A DNA stretch of 64,000 nucleotides from Longimicrobiales bacterium (GCA_965238005.1 OZ250165.1:4512001-4576000); one strand, 5' to 3'; shown: positions 17,893 through 28,373, counted from the first letter of the stretch. Notes: a model not told the origin generated them from the sequence alone. Translations and numbers: made by a program.

Positions 17893-20800
17893 CTAGAGGC
17901 AGGGCATGTTGCCCACGTTCACCGGAGCAAGCGCGAACGCGGAGCCCGGGTTTCTGAGGTCGATGGTGGCGATCAACGCGTCAACGTCCTCCTCACAGAG
18001 CATCGGGTTCAGCTGAATGGTGAAGCCGCTCCCCACCGCCGGCGTCGCGCTCGTGGTGCCTATGCCCGACAGCCCACTCACGCTCGTGAGCGATGCGTTC
18101 CCCGACACGAACACTGTCCACAGGGGCGATGTGATGCCGCCCAACGCGTCCAACGAGGTGAGCGCGTCATTGTTCGAGATGGTTATTCCACGGTTTACGG
18201 TCGTGAGGAGGGTGAAGTCCAACGTCGTCAAGAACGGGTTGTTTTCGATTCGGAGCAGTCCGTAGGTGGTGCTCACACCTACTCCTGCCCCGAGCAGGGC
18301 TAGCTTCGGGAACGAGACACTCGTGAGGCCGTCATTGTTTTCGATGACGAGCGTCTCGCCCACGGTGACCAGTGCGCCGAGCGGCCCAAGGGTCGTCAGC
18401 ATGGGGTTGTCCGAGATGTGCAAGTCTTCCTGGATCGTGGCCAGCATCGGCGCCGTGAACGAGGTGAGGTTGGGCTGACCTCTCAGGAAAAGATCGTCGC
18501 CGACGAACGTGAGTGCGGGGAACGAGAGGCTCTCCAGACCGTCGTTGCCGTCCGCCGCACCAGACTCCGCCATGTCGATGTCGTCTTCAACCCTCTCCAG
18601 GCTCGAGAAGTCGAGAACCAGGGGTGTCCCGCCGGTCCCGTTTTCCCACACCTCCATGTCGTCGCCGATGGTGACGAGGCTCGGCAGGGACAACAACCGG
18701 AGCGCCGGATTATCCACGACGTCGAGGTCGTCGGCGATCGTGTGCAGCACGGCGAACGAGGCGGTCTCCAGATTAGTGTTCCTCTCCAAGTCGATGTTGT
18801 TGCCGATCGACTCGAGGCCCGGGAAAGCAGTCTGGATCAAGTTGAGATTGTCCAACACCTTGACGTCGTCGCCTACGATGGCGAGAACGGGCAGGTTGAT
18901 CGTCGCCAGTCCGGGGGTGTTGGCGATGGTGAGATCGATCCCGATCTCTTCGATTCCATTCAGGCCCGCGACATCCGTCAGCGACAGGTTATTTGTGATG
19001 GTGACGTTGCCCGTGACCTCCCGGATCGTCTCGAGGCCGTCGAGGTTGGTCACCGACGTTCCCTCGACCCTCAAGCTGCCCTCGATCTTGATATAGCGGG
19101 CGGCCGCGGCTTCGGCGAGGGTCATTACGCCGACGCCGGGGGAGTCGCTGATGACCAGATCGCCGACGTGTGCCTTGAAGACGTCAGTGAGGATGACGAA
19201 GTCGGCCCGCCCCGTCGGGTTGTTCGGATCGAGCGTGACGCTGGCCGACGAGGGCGAGAACCCCTTGTAGTCGGCTCTGGGGAGTGGGTGGACCGTGTAG
19301 CTGCCGGCGAACAGGCCGGGGAACCGGTAGTGGCCGTCGACATCGCTCTCCGTCTGCATGAGGAGTGTGGAGCCCTGTCTCAGTTCCACTTCGATGATGC
19401 GGATGGGCTCGGGCGCCGCCGCAGGGCTGCCCTCGGCCTCGCCCGGTACCGGTGATGCGGCTCCCAGCGTGAACGTGCCCTCGATGAACGAAGTGACCGT
19501 GGCGAAGAAGTCCGAGCCCGTCCCGTTCACGAACACACGGAACAGGGCGTCGCCCGGTGCCGCCGAGGGCGCCACTCCGGTGAGCGTGCCCGTGAGCGTG
19601 CTGCCGCTCGCGTTGAGCTTGGGCGACGAGCCCGCCCACGTCACTTGGTCGATGAGCGGGATCACGTCTCCGTTGATGTCCAGCGGCTGGAGCATCACCT
19701 CCACGCTCGAGCCCACCTCGACCTCCGGTGTCTCCGGGCTGATCGTGACTCTCCGAACCTCCGGCGTCGCCTCCACCTCCACGTTCAGCACATCGGTCGT
19801 GACGGTCAGCGCCGTGGGCGGTGCCCTCGTGATCGCGAATCCGGCAGGTGCCGCATACGCCGCCGTGTAGTCGCCCGCCAGGATCCCGTCCAGGAAGAGC
19901 GAGCCCGACGCGTCCGTCACACCCGACGACGCCTCGGTGCCGCCCTGCGTGAGGACCACGCCCAGACCCGCCACCGGTGCGCCCCACGGCGTCACGGCCG
20001 TCACCGCCACGCTCCCGAAGATGGGCGTGTAGGGGAACGTCGCCTCGCTCGTGAGCGTCGCCACCCGGATACCTCCGGCCGCCACACCCCGGGGCACCAC
20101 GACCCGGATGCTCGTGGCCGTGATCTCCAGCACCTCGACCTCCACCTCACCCTCAGACGTCGGGAAGAACACCCGCGTGTTCGACGCGATGATCGGATCG
20201 AAGCCGCTGCCCAGGATCAGTGCTTCCTGGCCGGGGATCGGTACCTCGGGATCGAGTCCCGTGATGTCCACTGGGGGCGGAGGAGAGGGAGGCGTGAAGC
20301 CGCCGCTCGCGCTGCCCCACGCCGGATCCGCGCCACTGATGCCCAACGCCATCGGAGGACTGCCTCCGTCCACGGGCGCCACCATCAGCCCGTCGCCTCC
20401 CGCGTACAGCGCCCAGCCGCCCTGGATCGCAGGCCGGGAGCCCGTCACAACGCCCGGCACCGGACCCGAGCCCTGGATGAACACCTGGCCTTCTCCGTCC
20501 AGATAGGCCAGCCGTCCCTCCGCCGTCACCGTCGGGAAGCTCGCAGCGCCCGGGATCAACAGGTTCCGGCTGCCGCTCACCACGTCCACCAGCTCGATGG
20601 AGCCGCCACTCACGTACAGACTCGTGGCACCCGCCCACGCGGGCAGCGAGCCCGCCGGCCCCTCCGACTCCCCCGAGCCGTCGGCGTTGGCCAGCAGCAG
20701 CACCCCGCCCCCGTCCGCCGCGATCTTCGTCCCGTCCGGCGACGGAGCAGGCCACGAGCCCGACATGATCGCAACGCCCGAGATGAAGACCATCCTTCGC

Positions 20801-21674
20801 CGTACATCACCCCGTTGCCCGTGGGCACAGGGCCGTGCGCTTCGCCCGTCCCCGCGATCACCCGCGCCGTGCCGCCCACCACAGGGGCCGTCATCACCAT
20901 GCCGCCCTGGATGAACGTCATCTCCCCGCCGAACACGTAGACCCACACGCTGGCGCTCAGACCCGTGGGCGTCGTCACAGTCACGAGCGTCCGGCCGCCG
21001 CCGCCGCCCGTCACCGTGCCGGCGTCGTTGACCGATGCCACTCCGGTCGAGGCCACCGTCCAGCCCAGCGGTACGTCGGCCAGCACGCTGCCGTCGCTCC
21101 CCAACACCTCCGCCTCGAACGTCCGACTCCCGCCCGGAGGCAGCACCGCGCCCGTCGACAGGATCTCGACCCCCACCGCATCGGCGCCCGGACCCTCGTA
21201 CGTGAGTGGTACGGAGAACGGTGGCGGAGGCGTGGCGGTCTGCGTGTCGGTCGTCGCCACCGTGAGGGGTGGCGACTCGAAGAGCACGGTCTCGCCCTGC
21301 ATGGCGATGATCGTGACGCACACCGGCTCACCGGGCGTGATCCCCGGAAGCTCCACCGACAGGTCGTACACGTCCTCGCCGGGCGTCACCTCGAAGATCA
21401 CGTCCAGCAGCACTTCGGTGCAGCTCACATCCTTGACGATCAGCCGGAAGCGGTCCACCCGGTCGAACGCCTGGCTCAGGGCGTCCTCCTGGGCGGCGCT
21501 CAGAGCGGGGGCGCCCGGTGCCACCGCATAGCTGAGCTGAGGCACCAGGTGGAGCACGTGCGGCCGTTCGTCCGTGGCCGGACCAGCCACGGGGCCGTCC
21601 ACGCAAGAACCGAGCAGCAACGCGGAGACTAGAGCTACCAATCCCGGGAGGGAGACCGGCCGACGTGCCTTCAC
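17893..21674 (-). CDS. Large surface lipoprotein (Ig-like, TolB-like propeller, IPT/TIG, carboxypeptidase-regulatory-like domains and C-terminal receptor-L-domain-like leucine repeats), frameshifted near 20795
   Basis: Lipobox LLLGSC after the GTG at 21674. ORF 20610-21749 reads as protein up to GVMYGEG and ORF 17893-21321 reads as protein from MVFISG. The C-terminus has many L..L..VG..L.I..N..L repeats. Confidence 0.75.
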
Positions 21675-21853
21675 GGGGGGACCTTCCAATCCTTCAGCGA
21701 CAGAGAGGGACTTTAATCGCCCCTCCTTCCAATCTTCGTGCACTTCCACCCTCTTGCAAGCGAAAATCCCACGACCGGATGAGGCCCTTTTCCGGTCCTT
21801 CCGACCGGGAGTATGTTTTAGTCCCTCACTTCCACCGAGCAGGAGTGCCTTGA

Positions 21854-23032
21854 GTGGCCGCTGAACCCCGTGATCTGTCCTTGGACGAAGTGATGGAGAT
21901 GCTCCGACACGTCGACCTCTTCCAGGGACTGCCGGACGACGAGCTCAGTGGCGTGAGCGAGGTCGTCAATGGCGTGACCGCACAGGATGGTGAGGTACTC
22001 TTCGAGGAGGGAGAGCCCGGCGACTGCTTCTATGTTGTGTCAAAGGGCGCCGTGGAGATATCGAAGGGCGTTTCGGGGGGCGGAACAGATAAGCTCGCGG
22101 TCCGCAGGGCCGGTGAAGCCTTCGGGGAGATGGCCCTCTTGAACGACGCCCCCCGCTCAGCTACGGCCAAGGCGATGGAGGAAACCGAGCTGCTGACCTT
22201 GTCGCGTGAGGACTTCGAGCAGCTCGTCGGCGGCGACGGCCTCGCGATGCGCATGTTGCAGGTGCTCTCGAAGGCTCTCCGTGCCCTCGACGTTCGGTTT
22301 GCGAGCCTCGAGCGGGGCGTCCCGAGTCCGGTAGTGACGGGGGGCGGAGCCGACGACGCCAACCGGGCTCTACAGCGCGCGATCATGCCAAGGAGCGCCC
22401 CGACGGCCGACGGGTTCGACATCGCCGCCGGCACGATGCTGGAAGAGTCGGGCGCCGGCCGGACCGCCTGGGAGACCGTCCGCTTTGCCGACGGGAGAGC
22501 GGGCTTGGTGACCATGACGGTCCACGGAGACGGGCTTCCACCCGCCCACCAGTTGGCCCTCGCCCGGGCCTTCCTCAACGAGTTCGCACGGACGGGTCAA
22601 TCGACGGAGTCGCTTTTCGCAGCCGTCAACGACGGTCTGTCTCACAACGAGACGCCCGGCGTCGATCAGACGATCGCGGCCGGGATGTTGGTGCCAGGCG
22701 ACGGTTCCGTGCTCTGGTCCGGAGCGGGTGATGTCCGAGGCGCGGTGATCCGCAGGGACGGAACTCTGGACGAGTTCCCGTCCCACGGCCCCCCCCTGGG
22801 CATGCTGGACGGCTTCCAGTACGGAACCCAGGAGTACGAGATCGGCACGGGCGACATGGTGATCGTCCTCTCGACGGGCTCGACCGGTCTGTTCAGGGGG
22901 GCGGCCGACCTGGTCTCCACCCTGCAGCAGAAGCCCGCCGGAGAGGTCGTGGCGACCGTGCACAAGGCCATCCGGAAGCTCCAGGGCGAGGACGTCAAGG
23001 AGACTACGGTCCTATTCATGAGGAAGCACTAG
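21854..23032 (+). CDS. Cyclic-nucleotide-binding domain fused to a degenerate SpoIIE/PP2C-like domain
   Basis: LFEEGEPGDCFYVV and FGEMALLNDAPRSATAKA (intact phosphate-binding cassette); LQRAIMP, GPPLG and GDMVIVLS (SpoIIE-like) but lacking the catalytic Asp residues. Confidence 0.85.
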   Translation: MAAEPRDLSLDEVMEMLRHVDLFQGLPDDELSGVSEVVNGVTAQDGEVLFEEGEPGDCFYVVSKGAVEISKGVSGGGTDKLAVRRAGEAFGEMALLNDAPRSATAKAMEETELLTLSREDFEQLVGGDGLAMRMLQVLSKALRALDVRFASLERGVPSPVVTGGGADDANRALQRAIMPRSAPTADGFDIAAGTMLEESGAGRTAWETVRFADGRAGLVTMTVHGDGLPPAHQLALARAFLNEFARTGQSTESLFAAVNDGLSHNETPGVDQTIAAGMLVPGDGSVLWSGAGDVRGAVIRRDGTLDEFPSHGPPLGMLDGFQYGTQEYEIGTGDMVIVLSTGSTGLFRGAADLVSTLQQKPAGEVVATVHKAIRKLQGEDVKETTVLFMRKH

Positions 23033-23052
23033 TTCATGAGGAGGCATTAAGC

Positions 23053-23352
23053 ATGGAGGTCACCGAGAAAGACGTCCGTAACGCGCTGAAGAAGGTCAAG
23101 GACCCCGAGCTGGATCTCGACCTCGTCGTCCTGGGCCTCGTCTACGACATCGAGGTCGATGGTGAGGACGTGCATGTGGTCATGTCGCTGACCTCGCCGA
23201 TGTGTCCTGTTGCCGACCAGCTCGTCTTGGACGCGCAGGCTGCCGTGGAGGGGGTGGACGGTGTGGAGAGCTGCGAGGTCGACCTCACCTTCGACCCGCC
23301 ATGGACGCCCGAGCGCATCGCGCCACTGATTCGGGCATCGCTGGGACTCTAG
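23053..23352 (+). CDS. Metal-sulfur cluster assembly factor (DUF59/SufT-like)
   Basis: Motifs VKDPEL...VVLGLVY, SLTSPMCP and TFDPPWT; GGAGG RBS. Confidence 0.92.
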   Translation: MEVTEKDVRNALKKVKDPELDLDLVVLGLVYDIEVDGEDVHVVMSLTSPMCPVADQLVLDAQAAVEGVDGVESCEVDLTFDPPWTPERIAPLIRASLGL

Positions 23353-23516
23353 TCTTCCGTTTCCGAAGTTCGCGAGCCACCAAGAGGGTCGGGGGGGCGT
23401 GGGATCAAGGCGGGACGACGCGGCGTAGCGTAAGCTACGGTAAGGAGTTCCAACGCCGAGCCCACGGATGCACCGTGCCCTCGACTGGCCGAGACACTTT
23501 GGTAACGGGACTCTAG
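23349..23516. mobile_element. MITE-like repeat copy (160 bp between CTAG flanks)
   Basis: CTAG at 23349-23352 and 23513-23516; imperfect 17-bp terminal inverted repeats; closely similar to the reverse complement of 25433-25600. Confidence 0.85.
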
Positions 23517-23635
23517 GAACGATTTCGCCGCTCCGAGCACTGGATACGGGGGGGGGTCGTCGTATAGACTATTTCGTTCGAACGATCGTTCGAACTGTAA
23601 TCGAGAGAGCGGATCGTCATGAAGTGGCGGGGGAC

Positions 23636-24187
23636 TCAGGGGACGAGCTCTACGTCCTCCAGGTAATCCCGCAGTGGACGTGCCACCTCGACCGCCCGTT
23701 CCGTGACGGCCAGCGTCAGGGGCTTCGTCGGCTTCGTACTGCCCGTAAGGTGCTGCACAACGGCCTCGCCCAGGCTCGAATCGGAGCTGGCGGAAGCTGC
23801 GTGGTACTCCGCGTAACGGGCGCCCACTCTCTGCTCGAAGAAGGGAAGCTGGGCCTCGGGGGTTCCGTTCTCCACCATGTCCTCGAAGACCGCTGCGTGG
23901 AGGGCATCGAGGGTCCGTTTGAGCAGGTCGGCGGGGGCGCGACCTACGAACGCTTGCTGCGCACCCCGGGTGTGGGCCCACATGAGGAAGATGAGGGCCT
24001 CCTCTACGGCGTGCTGATCGGGCTCACCCTTCAGGTCCACCAAGCCCAAGCCGCTGAGCGCGGTCTCGCCGTCGCCTTCTGAGACGAAATCGGTGAAGCT
24101 TTCCCAAACGAGACGGGCGAGGTCGTCACCGAGGTTGTCAGGTGTTATCGTCTGGGGAGCATGGAACTCCCAGGTGGCCTCGGTCAT
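23636..24187 (-). CDS. Hypothetical protein (helical, acidic)
   Basis: ATG start, natural composition and GC3-rich codons, unlike the overlapping alternative ORFs. Confidence 0.75.
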   Translation of the reverse strand: MTEATWEFHAPQTITPDNLGDDLARLVWESFTDFVSEGDGETALSGLGLVDLKGEPDQHAVEEALIFLMWAHTRGAQQAFVGRAPADLLKRTLDALHAAVFEDMVENGTPEAQLPFFEQRVGARYAEYHAASASSDSSLGEAVVQHLTGSTKPTKPLTLAVTERAVEVARPLRDYLEDVELVP

Positions 24188-24306
24188 TTTTAGCTATCGT
24201 GTCGTATATGGCATCCAGATGAAGATGACTGGACCCCCAATTCCGCTCCGTGATGTTGGGGTGTCAAGCATTTTTCGGACCCCCGGCACTCGGAGCTAGA
24301 TCAGTC

Positions 24307-25011
24307 ATGACGTTTGAACACCCAAGTCGCTCCTTCCTTCGGCAGTTTCAGAGGCTTACCCCGCGTCGTCTGCTCGCCATGGCCGTCCTGATCCTGGGCG
24401 CCTGCACGAGCGCGGCTTCGCTTCCTGCCCCCCGCTCTCTCATCGTTCGTTCCGGAGCCAGGCTTCAGGCCGACCGGGCTCGACTGTCCGACATCGACGT
24501 CTGGGTGCGTGCCCAGCAGGAAAACATCACGATGGATCCGTCGTTCTGGATCATCGAGAGCACCACACGTGACGAGACGTATCCTTGGCAGGGGCTCACG
24601 ATCAGCTCCGACACGGCGTACGTGTTGGTGCCGGCGGTCGCGCCGGAGTCGGGCTCGATCATGGCTTTCTACGGGCACTACCATCTCATGAAGACGATGG
24701 ACCGGCTGGACGAGTTCCTTCCCGAGGCCGCGGAGGCCGAGGGATATGAGCTCGAGATAGCCATCCTCACCCGAGTGGCGGACGCCTGGCTGTACGGAAG
24801 GGCGCTGTTCGACATGACTCCCTATGGGCCTCTTGACGAGCTCATGTATGCGCGGGAGCACGGCTTTCTGGAAGCGTTCATCCTCACGTCCCGCCCCGAC
24901 GAATTCAAGGAGGAGAGGAGTGCCTGGCTGGACGCGAATCCTGGACAGCAGGAGGAGTACCTCCGGTGGTTCCTGGAAACGTTCGAGCGGGAGCCTCTCG
25001 GCCTGAGGTAA
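24307..25011 (+). CDS. Hypothetical lipoprotein
   Basis: RRLLAMAVLILGAC lipobox; natural composition. Confidence 0.75.
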   Translation: MTFEHPSRSFLRQFQRLTPRRLLAMAVLILGACTSAASLPAPRSLIVRSGARLQADRARLSDIDVWVRAQQENITMDPSFWIIESTTRDETYPWQGLTISSDTAYVLVPAVAPESGSIMAFYGHYHLMKTMDRLDEFLPEAAEAEGYELEIAILTRVADAWLYGRALFDMTPYGPLDELMYAREHGFLEAFILTSRPDEFKEERSAWLDANPGQQEEYLRWFLETFEREPLGLR

Positions 25012-25038
25012 CCCCTACGCCAGGTTTGGGTTGCGCCG

Positions 25039-25365
25039 CTACGGCAGCGGGCCTGAGACCTCCCACTTGAGGCCGATGGCGCCGACGTCGCCCTCCACGG
25101 CCGATACATGAACGTCCACCCGCCCGGTGCGGTGAATGCGATCGTCTGAAGGTCGCCCACCGAACAGCGCGAACCCGTCGACCCGAATCCTGCACGACCT
25201 CTGGCCGTCCGGTGAGTCAGCCCGTAACGTCGCGCCCTTGAGCTCACGGGTCGTGGGAGCTTCCCCGGACTGGAAACGGAGCTTCAGCAGCCGGCCGCCG
25301 TGGGGGGCCTCCATGGCATCCAGAACGCGGAAAACCGCTTTGTGCTCTGGGGTGACGGTGGCCAT
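25039..25365 (-). CDS. Hypothetical protein
   Basis: ATG start preceded by GAAAGG; beta-rich 108 aa product; fills the gap between neighbouring genes. Confidence 0.7.
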   Translation of the reverse strand: MATVTPEHKAVFRVLDAMEAPHGGRLLKLRFQSGEAPTTRELKGATLRADSPDGQRSCRIRVDGFALFGGRPSDDRIHRTGRVDVHVSAVEGDVGAIGLKWEVSGPLP

Positions 25366-25432
25366 ATGCCTTTCGGTGTGGGAACGAGGCTCCAGCCGGA
25401 TGTCATAGGCTAGCGTGGGGTCTCCGAAATTC

Positions 25433-25600
25433 CTAGTGTCCCGCTGCCAAAGTGTCTCGGCCAGTCGAGGGCACGGTGCATCCGTGGGCTCGGCGTTGGG
25501 ACTCTTTACCGTAGCTAATGCTACGCCGCGTCGTCCCGCCTTAATCCCACGGCGCCCCGAGCCTCTTGGTGGCTCGCGAACTTCGGCAACGGAACACTAG
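25433..25600. mobile_element. MITE-like repeat copy (160 bp between CTAG flanks), opposite orientation to the 23349 copy
   Basis: CTAG-TGTCCCGCTGCCAAAGT ... ACTTCGGCAACGGAACA-CTAG; 14/17 terminal inverted repeat. Confidence 0.85.
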
Positions 25601-25682
25601 AGCCGTGGCGTGCTCCGGTCTGCGGGAGCCGTCAGGATGAAGACGGACCCGGGGATTGCCGGTACTCTGTGGACGAGGAGAC

Positions 25683-27137
25683 ATGGTGGAAGGAACAATC
25701 GATGGACGGGGGCGGCGGCCACACGACAACGGACTCGTCCTGGACGAGGACGAGATGCGTCGCCTCGGCTACGAGGCCGTCGATCTCATCGTGAAACGCT
25801 GGACAACGCTGCGGGAGAGCACCGCCTGGGTCGGAGCCACCCGTGAGGAGATGGAGGCGCTTTTCCGGGAGGCGGCTCCCGAAGAGGGCTCACCACCCCT
25901 CGAAGTGATGGAGCGTGCGGCCAACGAGGTCATGCGCTACGCAGGACGAATCGATCATCCCCGCTTCTTCGCCTTCGTCCCTTCATCCCCGACCTGGCCC
26001 ACGCTGTTGGCGGACATGCTGGCGTCCGGATTCAACGTGTTCCAGGGGACCTGGCTCGAGTCCGCCGGTCCCAGTCAGATCGAGCTCGTCGTCCTTGACT
26101 GGTTCCGTGAATGGCTCGGACTGCCGGCCACGGCCGGGGGCGTATTCACGAGCGGCGGCTCGGCTGCGAACCTGGACGCGCTGGTGACGGCCCGGGCCAG
26201 CCGCGGTCATCCTGCCGATCCCATCCTGTACAACTCGGACCAGGCCCACTTCTCCCTTGGCCGGGCAGCCCGCATCGCGGGATTCGGGCTAGATGCCGTG
26301 CGCTCGATTCCCACGGATGACGAGTATCGAATGGACCTGGATGCCTTGCGGCAGGCGATCCAGCGCGATCGTGATGCAGGACTCAACCCCCTTTTGGTGG
26401 CTGCGAATGGTGGGGCGACGAACACGGGGGTGGTGGATCCGCTCCGTGAGCTCGGTGGGCTCTGCAGGGAGGAGGGCCTCTGGCTTCACGTCGACGGCGC
26501 GTACGGGGGCTTTGCCGTGCTCACGGAGGAAGGCCGGGCAGCCCTGGACGGAGTCGATCTCGCCGACAGCGTAACGCTCGATCCCCACAAGTGGCTGTTC
26601 CAGTCGTACGAGACCGGATGTCTTCTGGTTCGGGATGCCTCGGAGCTCGAATCGGCCTTCAGCACGAGCCCCGAATACCTCCAGGATGCTCAGATGGGTC
26701 GCGATCACGTGAACTTCGGTGACCGCGGCCTTCAGCTCTCCCGGTCCTTCCGGGCGCTGAAGGTCTGGATGTCCATCAAGACCTTTGGGGTGGGTGCGTT
26801 CCGCGAGGCGATCCAGCGGTCGATGGATCTGGCGCGGGAGGCGGAACGGTACGTGTCGGGCTCTTCCGAGCTCGAACTGCTCAGTCCGGCGAGCCTGGGC
26901 GTCGTGTGCTATCGCTACGATCCGGCGAGCCACGAGATCGATCCCGAGGGCCTCGAGGATCTGAACGTCGAGATCCAGGAGCGGATCGTATCGAGCGGCT
27001 ACGCCATGGTCTCGTCCACGCGCTTGAGGGGGGTGTACTCGCTCCGCCTGTGCGTGATGAACTACACGTCGACTCGGGAGGACGTGGTGGGCACACTCCG
27101 CATGGTGGAGGAGATCGGACGGGGGCTCCTGGCGTGA
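25683..27137 (+). CDS. PLP-dependent group II decarboxylase (aromatic-L-amino-acid decarboxylase-like)
   Basis: Motifs [33 protein letters not shown] (PLP Lys) and [17 protein letters not shown] before the ATG at 25683. Confidence 0.92.
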   Translation: MVEGTIDGRGRRPHDNGLVLDEDEMRRLGYEAVDLIVKRWTTLRESTAWVGATREEMEALFREAAPEEGSPPLEVMERAANEVMRYAGRIDHPRFFAFVPSSPTWPTLLADMLASGFNVFQGTWLESAGPSQIELVVLDWFREWLGLPATAGGVFTSGGSAANLDALVTARASRGHPADPILYNSDQAHFSLGRAARIAGFGLDAVRSIPTDDEYRMDLDALRQAIQRDRDAGLNPLLVAANGGATNTGVVDPLRELGGLCREEGLWLHVDGAYGGFAVLTEEGRAALDGVDLADSVTLDPHKWLFQSYETGCLLVRDASELESAFSTSPEYLQDAQMGRDHVNFGDRGLQLSRSFRALKVWMSIKTFGVGAFREAIQRSMDLAREAERYVSGSSELELLSPASLGVVCYRYDPASHEIDPEGLEDLNVEIQERIVSSGYAMVSSTRLRGVYSLRLCVMNYTSTREDVVGTLRMVEEIGRGLLA

Positions 27138-27862
27138 GGATCGTGATGGCCGGGGCCCTCGCCTACCCCGTCATCGTGCTGCTTCTGGTGAAGGCGACGG
27201 CGCTCGGGCTTCTCGATGCGCTCTTCCTGGCGGGGCTTCTCGAGCTTCTTCCGACCCTGGCGCTGGGCCAGATGGCGTTGGCGCGCGACGTGGTCATCGA
27301 GAGGGCGCCGGCGTACATGAGCTCCGGCTCCACGGTTCTGCTGCTCGGGATTCTGAGCCTTTTCATGGGACGGCGGTTGGTGGGACCGCCGGCTCTGGGA
27401 CTCGAGGCTCCCTTGTCGGTTTCGAACGTCCTGTGGACCGGAACGTTGTTTCTGGTCGGCATCGGCACCCTCCTGGTGTTCCGGGCGTTGCGGAGGGCCA
27501 TGGGGACCGAGGAGACCCGGTTGGTGCACCAGCTCATGCCGGTGACGGGCAAGGAGAGGTGGCTCTTCGCCGGCCTGTCCCTCTGTGCCGGCTTCGGCGA
27601 GGAGATGGCGTACCGCGGGTACGCTCTCACGGCTCTCGTCCTGGCCACCGGGTCGGCTACCTTGGCGCTGATCGTGACCTCCGCGACCTTTGGAGTGCTC
27701 CATGCGTACCAGGGCCCGATCGGCGTGGTCAGGACCGGAGTCGTCGGGCTGATCATGGGCGCTGCCTTCCTCCACACGGGAAGCCTCTGGCCACCCATTG
27801 TTGCCCATACGCTCATAGACCTGGTGGCCGGTCTCGCGCTGAGGGAGCGGTTGCTGTCTTAG
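27134..27862 (+). CDS. CPBP family (CAAX/Abi) intramembrane metalloprotease
   Basis: Motifs GEEMAYRG, FGVLHAYQG and VAHTLID; GTG overlaps the upstream stop. Confidence 0.9.
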   Translation: MRIVMAGALAYPVIVLLLVKATALGLLDALFLAGLLELLPTLALGQMALARDVVIERAPAYMSSGSTVLLLGILSLFMGRRLVGPPALGLEAPLSVSNVLWTGTLFLVGIGTLLVFRALRRAMGTEETRLVHQLMPVTGKERWLFAGLSLCAGFGEEMAYRGYALTALVLATGSATLALIVTSATFGVLHAYQGPIGVVRTGVVGLIMGAAFLHTGSLWPPIVAHTLIDLVAGLALRERLLS

Positions 27863-27898
27863 CCCCGTTTCTTTGGTGCCTTCGAATGAGGAAGTGAC

Positions 27899-28315
27899 AT
27901 GGAGATAGATGTGGCCCTATTGGCCGACGCCGCCACGATCGACGCCACCGGGAAGATGAACATCCTCGGAATCTTCGACCGCATCAGCGTCAGTCAATTT
28001 CCCGCCCAGCACGGGCGCATTGCCCTTGTCCTACGCCTCACGGCCGGAACCTCGGAGGTGGGGACGCACGAGATGGAGATCCGGCTGTCCGATCCGGATG
28101 GGGCCGAGGTGCTGTCGCTGAACGGCGAGATGCACTTGGCGGGTGGGCCCGGTGCGGGTGAAGGCTTCCGAGTGCCCCATGTACTCAATCTGGACGGACT
28201 GGTGTTTCCCGGACCCGGCCGCTACAGCTTCGACGTCAAGGTCGACGGGGAGCACCACGTGTCCATCTCACTCGTCGTGGACGGACCACCCCGGGTGCAG
28301 GGTGCCCTTGCTTGA
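27899..28315 (+). CDS. Hypothetical protein (DUF6941-like)
   Basis: LLADAA...GKMNILGIFD...FPGPGRYSF pattern; GAGG RBS. Confidence 0.7.
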   Translation: MEIDVALLADAATIDATGKMNILGIFDRISVSQFPAQHGRIALVLRLTAGTSEVGTHEMEIRLSDPDGAEVLSLNGEMHLAGGPGAGEGFRVPHVLNLDGLVFPGPGRYSFDVKVDGEHHVSISLVVDGPPRVQGALA

Positions 28316-28373
28316 GACGCATCCCGGTCCTATCTCCCCGAAGGCGTCGGGCCCCGGTGAACGCTTGACTTGC

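Noticed and set aside
17893..21321. 1142-aa ORF as a complete gene starting at 21321
   Set aside because: Its first ~175 residues are the wrong frame of the upstream lipoprotein ORF; it is one frameshifted gene.
23349..25729. Short ORFs sharing peptides such as QSVSASRGHGASVG or MHRALD.PRHFGNGTL
   Set aside because: They are translations of the MITE-like repeat, not a protein family.
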